IMG/VR virus record: IMGVR_UViG_3300045988_151684
Location: 39,994 to 103,993 of that record
From: a virus
Strand: one strand, 5' to 3'
DNA length: 64,000 bases
Shown: positions 57,225 to 64,000 of the stretch, piece after piece
Layout of the letters: every line of letters begins with the position of its first letter
Numbering within the stretch: the first letter of the stretch is position 1
Notes under the pieces: model-generated
What the model saw: the letters and a program-made list of their open reading frames with translations, nothing else
Database searches by the model: none
What the model was told of the DNA's origin: nothing
Program-made: the position numbers and the translations under genes

Positions 57225-58379
57225 TTAATGGAAATTTGCTCTAAAGAACTGACTGCGCTGAGCTGGTGTCATATTGCGCATTTTAGACCAATCTACTGTT
57301 TTATGTGGCGCTGCTGAAGTCTGCCCAGTAGCTTCTACATAAGGTGGTGCGCTCTTATGTACTGGCTGAGGAACTGTCCCTACGCCAGTCTGTTTAGCAT
57401 AATACGCTTCCTTAGTTTTCAAATAATAGTTATTAAGAATATCATAATCTGCTTTGACAGGTCTTCCTGACAGCAGCCGATCTATAGATGCTTTGACTTT
57501 TATTCCCTCACTATAGGGCATATTCTCATAATAATGCTCCATCATGTCATCAATTTCATTATAGTGCGGGTCCTTTTTATATTCCTCCCATTTAGGACCA
57601 ATAACCGCCATTGCTTCCTGCGTTTCCTGCTGGCGCTGTGCCTCAATAGCCTGCTGCTTGGCTCTGTTTGCCATTATCTGCTGATTGATGATGTTCATAT
57701 TCATCTGTACCGCTTGCTTATAAGCCTGCATTTTTAGCTGAACATCATCATCATCACTATACGCAGCATCCTCTATATCTTCATCAGTGATACCAAGGTC
57801 AGCTTTGGCTTTGTTTTCGGCCATTTTCTGAATTTCCCTTAGTGCCTCAAGCTGTGCCTGCCTTGCCTGCTGCTGCAATTCCTCCTTAGAAGGTCCTTGC
57901 TGTTCCGGCTGATGCATTGTTGGTACTTCTTGAACTTGTTGTGTTACCTGCACTTGTTGATTAACAGCATTTAATTGCTGCTGACGAATAGCAGAATAAT
58001 CATTAGCTAATTCCTGCGGTATTCTTGATTCGTCAACCTTATGTCCTAGCGCAATTTCCTGAAAAAGCTCGCCTGCGGTATACGGTTTAACAGCTGAATC
58101 AGTTTCCGCTGTTGCCTCAGCAGGTTCAATCTGCGCAACAGCTGGTGGCGCAGCAGCTTCCATTTCTTGTGGAAATACTACTCTTCGCCGTCCCATATCA
58201 TCCTTAGTGATAGCTACCGGCGGTTTAGCAGTTTCAGCCGATTCACCTGCATTAGCCGGTGCCGGCTCCGTAGCATTATCAGCAATATCAGTATTGCTTG
58301 CTGCTGATGCCAATGCCTCACCTGTATCACTGCCAGCAGCATCTTCTGCAAATAACTGTAAATTAAATTTTTTTTCCAT
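57225..58379 (-). CDS. scaffolding protein (putative)
   Basis: 384 aa, Q/A/E-rich and helical. N-terminus MEKKFNLQLFAEDAAGS. Confidence 0.45.
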   Translation of the reverse strand: MEKKFNLQLFAEDAAGSDTGEALASAASNTDIADNATEPAPANAGESAETAKPPVAITKDDMGRRRVVFPQEMEAAAPPAVAQIEPAEATAETDSAVKPYTAGELFQEIALGHKVDESRIPQELANDYSAIRQQQLNAVNQQVQVTQQVQEVPTMHQPEQQGPSKEELQQQARQAQLEALREIQKMAENKAKADLGITDEDIEDAAYSDDDDVQLKMQAYKQAVQMNMNIINQQIMANRAKQQAIEAQRQQETQEAMAVIGPKWEEYKKDPHYNEIDDMMEHYYENMPYSEGIKVKASIDRLLSGRPVKADYDILNNYYLKTKEAYYAKQTGVGTVPQPVHKSAPPYVEATGQTSAAPHKTVDWSKMRNMTPAQRSQFFRANFH

Positions 58380-58656
58380 GAATATCCTCCTCTAATCTCT
58401 TTTGTGCCCGCTTTCCTTCCATGATAAGGTGCTGAAATTCCGCCTTTAAGCTCTGACAGGCATTATAAAAGCCCTGACATTGGAACAAAGCCTCAGCACA
58501 TTCAGCGACTTCAAGCCGCTTTAATGCTACTTTTGCAGTTTTTTCTGCCCATGGTTCAATGAAATGATTGTAGATATCTTCGGCGTCCCGGCCATCTTTA
58601 ACTGATTTGACCAGCCGTCCTTTCTTTTCAGCTTCCATATAGTGACCTCCGTGCAT
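58363..58656 (-). CDS. hypothetical protein between the portal and scaffold genes
   Basis: 97-aa ORF. Confidence 0.3.
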   Translation of the reverse strand: MHGGHYMEAEKKGRLVKSVKDGRDAEDIYNHFIEPWAEKTAKVALKRLEVAECAEALFQCQGFYNACQSLKAEFQHLIMEGKRAQKRLEEDIHGKKI

Positions 58657-60829
58657 TATTTATAGTCTGCATTGCCTGCTGCTGGGTAAAAGACTGAGGT
58701 GTTGTCTGTATTCCAATCTGTTGCAATGCCTGTATTTGCGCATCAATTGGAAGTTCTGCCAACCTGGCGTTCAGTTTCGCCAAAGTCTTAGCTTTAATAT
58801 CCTGTTCTTTAAGCTGCAACTGTGCCTGCGTTAATGCGTCCTGCTTCTGTTCTGCCTTCTGCTGCGCCTGTTGCTGCTGAGCTTGCATTTGCTGATACTC
58901 AGGCGATTCAGGGTCAAGCAAGAAATTAGCCGTACTGCGTATTCCCATACGTTCCAATAGTTCCTTAGTTATCTTATACCATGATGAAGCATTAACAATT
59001 CCGACCTGCTGCAACACCGGATATAGCTGATTTATCAGTACCATCAAATATTGGATTTCTGCTTCCTTCGTCCCTGCGCCCTGACCAACATTAACCACTA
59101 AATCATAGTCAAGGTTCAAATCTTCACGCCTTAAAGCTACATCACGATTCATCAACCGAACAATCTGTCCTTCATCAATGAATTTCTGACACAACAAAAT
59201 CAGAAACTTCACAATTGGTATCCATGCTGTTTCGGCCAGCAGACGGGCAATAAGTTTTATTTTCTTATCAGCAGCGCCCATGATTGCACTGATACCTGTA
59301 GCAGTCATATTAAGGCTATTGCTGTCTAAGCCTTGATTGTATCGAGTTGAACCTGACTGGCTCTCAAGCTCATTCTGTGCATATTGTACTAAAGTCATTG
59401 CATTAGGGTCAGTAGGAATTGAGGGCGGGAACATCACGGCTGCGGTAGGATTACCACGAACCCCAACATATTCATCGCCATCAAGCACCGCATCCATATC
59501 CACGGCTGTTTCATCAACAAACTTTTGACCACGACCGTTTTTAGCTGTGGCAATAATCATTTGACGGACTAAAGCTGTTTTTAAATCCTGCAGCTGCTCC
59601 CATTCTTCGGCGAAACCATCTTCATTGAATATCGCATACGGCTCATATTCTGGTGAAAAAATAAAGAACGGCGGCATTTCAAAGCTGTTATCGCTTATCT
59701 TAAGGGGCGTATCACCTACCGCATGAACGATAACATTCTCCATGATACCATCATTGTTATAGTCAACCTTGAGATACGCTTCATAGAGTTCGTATTCACG
59801 TGAGGCATTGTCACCATCATTTAACCTGCTGGAAGCATCCGTGAGCTCTTTGTCGTGCTCTTTATCTAAGGTGGTGTGACGAACTTCGCCACCAGTCTTA
59901 AAAGCTTTATCAACGTTTTGGAATACTCCTTCAATTTCCTTGCGTTTTAGATAATCGCCTTTGACAATTTTTCGCTGGGCAACAAACTTAGCATCGTGCA
60001 AGTCCTTGGTTTCATGAGTAAACCTAAGCTCAGATGGCGACATATTTTCTAATATAGGCGTGTTGCTCTTTATCTTTATTACATCAAATGTAACCATCAG
60101 CAAATCACCTTGCGGGTCTACCGGCTCAACATTTTGTATCTCAATTCTGCCCTGGCTCTGTTCTATCATCAGCATTTGCATCATCTGATAATCTGCCAGC
60201 ACTTGCATAGGCTCCCGATCTTCATCGCGGTTCCAATACACTTTAGCGCAGCCAAAGTTAGTAACTAACCCATCTTTGGCAAACGTATAGATGAAAGTAA
60301 AGAAATTGTTTTTCTTGGTTACAAAATAATTTATGATTTCCTGTAGCAGCTTAGCATTTTCATCATCCTCAGCCGACTGACCAACTATATCAACCGGTGA
60401 TTCACTGCCGTTAAATACCTCGATTAAGTTAGGAAGTATCCAGTCAATAGTAGTCTTGACATCTTTACTCAGCCAGTTATTAAGCTCTGACAAAGCAGGG
60501 AATTTCTTTTTATAAAGGGCCTTATCTGCCTTATACACCTTTAACCGATGCATGATTTTCGGCTCTATCTTGCTTTTATAATAGTCGTCAGCAGCTTCTT
60601 TACCAGCCTTAAATGCCCGCATTATCTTTTGAATTTCCTCATCACTAAGAGTAGCCAAGGATATTTCCGCATCGCTGCTATCACTTGGAGCAATCATCGG
60701 CTGCCCAAATTGTGGTCCGGTAACTATACTCTGGGACATTGGCGCCTGATGAGCTGCTAATTGATTTGTTTGTTGCTGTGCCCCATGCTGGGCAGCATCA
60801 AACATACCTGCATCATTTTGATTAGCCAC
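58628..60829 (-). CDS. portal protein (large, 733 aa)
   Basis: Immediately downstream of terL. Q-rich termini. Confidence 0.6.
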   Translation of the reverse strand: MANQNDAGMFDAAQHGAQQQTNQLAAHQAPMSQSIVTGPQFGQPMIAPSDSSDAEISLATLSDEEIQKIMRAFKAGKEAADDYYKSKIEPKIMHRLKVYKADKALYKKKFPALSELNNWLSKDVKTTIDWILPNLIEVFNGSESPVDIVGQSAEDDENAKLLQEIINYFVTKKNNFFTFIYTFAKDGLVTNFGCAKVYWNRDEDREPMQVLADYQMMQMLMIEQSQGRIEIQNVEPVDPQGDLLMVTFDVIKIKSNTPILENMSPSELRFTHETKDLHDAKFVAQRKIVKGDYLKRKEIEGVFQNVDKAFKTGGEVRHTTLDKEHDKELTDASSRLNDGDNASREYELYEAYLKVDYNNDGIMENVIVHAVGDTPLKISDNSFEMPPFFIFSPEYEPYAIFNEDGFAEEWEQLQDLKTALVRQMIIATAKNGRGQKFVDETAVDMDAVLDGDEYVGVRGNPTAAVMFPPSIPTDPNAMTLVQYAQNELESQSGSTRYNQGLDSNSLNMTATGISAIMGAADKKIKLIARLLAETAWIPIVKFLILLCQKFIDEGQIVRLMNRDVALRREDLNLDYDLVVNVGQGAGTKEAEIQYLMVLINQLYPVLQQVGIVNASSWYKITKELLERMGIRSTANFLLDPESPEYQQMQAQQQQAQQKAEQKQDALTQAQLQLKEQDIKAKTLAKLNARLAELPIDAQIQALQQIGIQTTPQSFTQQQAMQTINNARRSLYGS

Positions 60830-60850
60830 GGCTTCGCCTCCATTTCTGCT

Positions 60851-62311
60851 TTATAATGAACCTATCCTGTGCAATTTGCCTGATTTACGTGCCTTGCGAT
60901 ATCTTATGTTATGACTGACAGTCACTGGAAAAGCAAATGTCAAAGCTAAGGCATCTGCTTTGTTTGGAGACGCTATCCCACGCCTTTTCATATCCTGCTT
61001 AGCTTCTAACTGTAATTTACCGCTGCGATTAATAAATGCCTCCGGTGCTGTAAGCTCAGTTATAAGTTCATCACAGTCAATACTGCCACCGTCCTGTAAC
61101 CATTTTTTCATTTCATTCCACATTTCAGCACGCTTGTTAGCATATTCCTGCTGATCTGACTTCTCTGCAAATGACACTAAACGCCAATTACTGCGGCCCA
61201 TATCAATACCGCCCGAATATATTCCCGTGCCATATCCCATGTCGATGAACACGGCGCTGGCCGTATACTCGTCTTGCCAGCGGGCAACCTTGCGAGCTAT
61301 CATCATATCATTGTCATTCCTAGGCACGGTCTCGAGACACCTGCTGTATAATCCCTGCCGCATAACAATCTCTAAAGTGTCATCACCGCTCCAAGCTGGA
61401 TCCACGCCAATAACTACTGGCGCAAATTCATACTGCTTAGGCACCAGTTCCCGCCGTCGTGCCATTTCAGCAAGGCTCCTGCTTATAAGCTGATTATCTG
61501 ACTGTGATGGAAAGACACCACGAACACGAATTTTTACAAAATCACTGTCCTCGCCATACATTTCCACCCATTCATTAAGCTGCTGCTTATTGCTTATTGC
61601 TACATTACGACTATCAATCTGCTTATGCTTCCAATATTTAGCTTGCGAATTAAAACACTCAAAGAACCTGCCTTGACTTCTGGTCGGGTTCCCAAAGGCC
61701 GCAAAGACAACTTCGGTATCACTATCTGTCGTAGCACCTTCAGCGACGGTCCATATCTCATCAATGATTGCAGACGCTTCATCAAATAGTATCAGTATTC
61801 TTTTGCCTTGGTTATGCAAACCTGCAAACGCTTCCGGATTATCCTTTGACCACGGTATAGCGTCAATACGCCAAGTCTTTTCATGACCTGCTTCAATACT
61901 GAAAATACTAGTCGCCGTCAGTTTAAATAAATCCTTAGCAATAAAAAGGCGATACCACTTGGCAAGCTCTGCCCAAGTCTTTGCTCTTAGCTGTGTATCA
62001 GTATTAGCCGTTACTACACCACGGGTATCTTCATGCGTTGATATTGCCCATAGTATCAGCCATGAAACACATGCACTCTTGCCAATCCCGTGGCCTGACG
62101 CTATCGCTATACGAATCGCCGTCGATATATCAGCCAAACCATCACGTATCAACGCCAGTACAGATAACTGCCACTCCTGCGGCTTTTTGCCTGCAAGGTC
62201 TCCTTCCCCCCACGGAAACACTGCATAGACAAACTTTACAGGGTCATGTGTCAGCTCGCCTAAAAAGGCTGCCAGCTCTTCATATTCCTCATTATTATTC
62301 TGTTTCGCCAT
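60851..62311 (-). CDS. terL: terminase large subunit
   Basis: 486 aa with an ATPase N-terminal half (SGHGIGKS). Its start overlaps the terS stop. Confidence 0.75.
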   Translation of the reverse strand: MAKQNNNEEYEELAAFLGELTHDPVKFVYAVFPWGEGDLAGKKPQEWQLSVLALIRDGLADISTAIRIAIASGHGIGKSACVSWLILWAISTHEDTRGVVTANTDTQLRAKTWAELAKWYRLFIAKDLFKLTATSIFSIEAGHEKTWRIDAIPWSKDNPEAFAGLHNQGKRILILFDEASAIIDEIWTVAEGATTDSDTEVVFAAFGNPTRSQGRFFECFNSQAKYWKHKQIDSRNVAISNKQQLNEWVEMYGEDSDFVKIRVRGVFPSQSDNQLISRSLAEMARRRELVPKQYEFAPVVIGVDPAWSGDDTLEIVMRQGLYSRCLETVPRNDNDMMIARKVARWQDEYTASAVFIDMGYGTGIYSGGIDMGRSNWRLVSFAEKSDQQEYANKRAEMWNEMKKWLQDGGSIDCDELITELTAPEAFINRSGKLQLEAKQDMKRRGIASPNKADALALTFAFPVTVSHNIRYRKARKSGKLHRIGSL

Positions 62312-62768
62312 GCTTCATGCGCTCCCTTGCCTTGCTGATTGCGTCAGATATACCAAGACTGCCCGACATTTCGACTTCACGTTTATCCCGCCAATCATTT
62401 GGACGGCGATTTTTCAGCCAGAATATTTGTGCGGTGGTATTTGGCTGCGCATAGCGCTTGACTTTCCTAGTCTCTTGACGCCCATCCGGCAACTCTACGA
62501 TGGTTTCTTCTTCATAGTAATAGCCACGGGCTGATTTTAACAGACTGTTTTCAACCTCCCGATCAACTACTTCCTTCCCCTTTTTAAGCGCCTCCGAAAA
62601 ATCTTTATACTTATCCTGCCATTCATACAAAGTAGCAACTGCTATCCCCATATTATGTGCTATCTGCTCATTATTAAGCCCATCACGGGCCCAGCCTTGA
62701 ATTTTTACCAGCCCTTCCTGCGTCAACCATCCTTCATATTTGCACCTTCTGCCTTTCTTTTTAGCCAT
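62295..62768 (-). CDS. terS: terminase small subunit
   Basis: 157 aa. N-terminal HTH LNNEQIAHNMGIAVATLYEW. Confidence 0.55.
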   Translation of the reverse strand: MAKKKGRRCKYEGWLTQEGLVKIQGWARDGLNNEQIAHNMGIAVATLYEWQDKYKDFSEALKKGKEVVDREVENSLLKSARGYYYEEETIVELPDGRQETRKVKRYAQPNTTAQIFWLKNRRPNDWRDKREVEMSGSLGISDAISKARERMKHGETE

Positions 62769-62841
62769 TTTTCTACCTCTTTACATAAAAATGACGCCCT
62801 AGAATCGTTTCTAAGCCGTTTTTCTATGCCTGCCTATATAT

Positions 62842-63096
62842 TTATACGTCCTCTTTTTCATACTTCTCAGCTGCTTTACTTCGTTTCCTGCTTGGCGTAT
62901 CTGCTTTTTTAGCCACCAGCAACACACTACTGGTAGTTGCACTGCCATCATAGAATATATCTACATCATAGCTGTTGTTAGTCCAATCTTTAATGAATTT
63001 CGCTACATCATTTTCAGCTTCTCGGTAATCAAAACAAATTTCTTTCACTATTACATCTTGCAACACCATTATCACCTGCCTTATTTCACCACGCAA
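62842..63096 (-). CDS. hypothetical protein
   Basis: 84-aa ORF. Confidence 0.3.
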   Translation of the reverse strand: MRGEIRQVIMVLQDVIVKEICFDYREAENDVAKFIKDWTNNSYDVDIFYDGSATTSSVLLVAKKADTPSRKRSKAAEKYEKEDV

Positions 63097-63316
63097 AAAG
63101 CACCCATCTTGATATGATGAGTGCTTTCTGTTGGGGTATTTACAAATTGAGATTCAAGAGGTTATTTAAGACGCCCGCCTCTTATTTCCTTCGCTCGCGC
63201 CTTATGATAATAATATACCACATCTTTCAAAGGTATTTCTGCATCAATTTTAAAATTTTTTTACTTTCGTGAACGTACACCCGCCTACAGAGGTGGAGGA
63301 GTTCTAGCGGATTAGG

Positions 63317-63793
63317 TTAAACTTCTAACGTGCCAACTTTTACTAGTCCGCACTGACAAGCTAGCTCAACACATGCTTGCCTGAAATCTTCTCTTATATA
63401 GTAGAAATTCCTTTCACTGGTTTCAAAGCGCATACTCGTTTCAACTGCACTGTGACCATCATAAAAATATCTAACAGCCCGTCGCTCCGATTTCGGAAAA
63501 ACACTATACAGGTAGTTCAATACCATCAGCCACTTTTCCGGCTGATAAACTATGTTTCCATCAGACAAAACTACACTTTTTATTCTTGACGTTTGCTTGA
63601 TAGCTGAAATAGCTGTCGGGTCACTTACCATTGCATGACCTGAACCACCACCGCCTGTATTACCACCACTACTTTGTTCTAAGCGTGCTTCTACTATGGC
63701 ATTCTTGATAGCCTCATCATTTCGCAATATGTATTCTACTAACTTATAAGCTCTGACCCTTATCTTGAACTCTGCTTTACTGCTCTGCACCAT
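63317..63793 (-). CDS. ArpU/RinA-like late transcriptional regulator (sigma-region-4-like)
   Basis: 158 aa. C-terminus ERRAVRYFYDGHSAVETSMRFETSERNFYYIREDF. Sits upstream of terS. Confidence 0.45.
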   Translation of the reverse strand: MVQSSKAEFKIRVRAYKLVEYILRNDEAIKNAIVEARLEQSSGGNTGGGGSGHAMVSDPTAISAIKQTSRIKSVVLSDGNIVYQPEKWLMVLNYLYSVFPKSERRAVRYFYDGHSAVETSMRFETSERNFYYIREDFRQACVELACQCGLVKVGTLEV

Positions 63794-64000
63794 TTTGTTG
63801 TCCTTTCACTTAGTATAGCTGACCTGGCTCCGCTTTATTCTTTTTCCGTCATTTCGTACCCTGTTTCTTTGGTTAATGTGACGCGTCATTTGCTGGCGCA
63901 TTTTCTCATCAAACTGCATTTTTTCCTGATAACTCGTGACTGCTGTTATTAGATCCTGACATTCTGCCATCAGTTTGATATATAATTCGGCTGCTTCTTT

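Noticed and set aside
1-64000. CRISPR arrays, rRNA or tRNA genes
   Set aside because: No regularly spaced repeat-spacer array and no cloverleaf-like tRNA or rRNA segments were seen on visual scanning. I cannot run tRNAscan, so small tRNAs could have been missed.

Overview
The window appears to hold two temperate tailed-phage genomes (prophages or phage-plasmid-like elements) lying back to back, with almost all genes on the minus strand. Element A (1 to about 25.6 kb) is a siphovirus-type phage, and element B (about 25.9 kb to the window end) is a second, unrelated phage. All coordinates for small features were read by eye and may be off by a few nt.

Element A, read right to left:
- Lysogeny and early region: tyrosine integrase (24.46-25.56 kb, plus strand) and an XRE repressor with divergent promoters and 28-bp operator repeats; excisionase-like HTH; rolling-circle Rep with HUH and Y motifs; ParA/ParB partition pair; small early genes (DUF4406, Zn-ribbon, HNH, two small membrane peptides).
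- Packaging and morphogenesis: HNH, TerS, TerL, portal, ClpP-like prohead protease, HK97-fold major capsid protein, head-tail genes, major tail protein, tail chaperone with a textbook -1 frameshift signal, 958-aa tape measure and distal tail genes running off the left edge.
- Two toxin-first Gp49/HigB-like + XRE-antitoxin modules sit on the opposite strand.
- The early/lysogeny half is visibly GC-richer than the AT-rich structural half.

Element B, read right to left:
- ArpU-like late regulator, TerS, TerL, 733-aa portal, scaffold, 418-aa capsid protein (the scaffold and capsid N-termini share a cleavage-like LQxFA motif).
- Tail and fiber genes, interrupted by a third toxin-first TA module and a promoter-to-terminator moron cassette that encodes two tiny membrane peptides.
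- A run of large ejection-type proteins: a 502-aa protein with an N/Q-rich region and a C-terminal Hint domain, and a 3,599-aa polyvalent protein carrying lytic transglycosylase, M15 peptidase, SNF2 helicase, N6-adenine methyltransferase (DarB-like) and HExxH zincin modules.
- Holin and GH25 endolysin, then a TGCAGACAA iteron array, a small operon ending in a DUF2335-like membrane protein, and a separately transcribed XRE + ImmA metallopeptidase pair abutting element A's integrase.

No rRNA, tRNA or CRISPR arrays were recognised by eye. The most notable items are the giant polyvalent virion protein and its Hint-domain neighbour, the three toxin-first TA morons, the ParAB + RCR-Rep + integrase combination with candidate parS palindromes, and the compositional mosaicism of element A.
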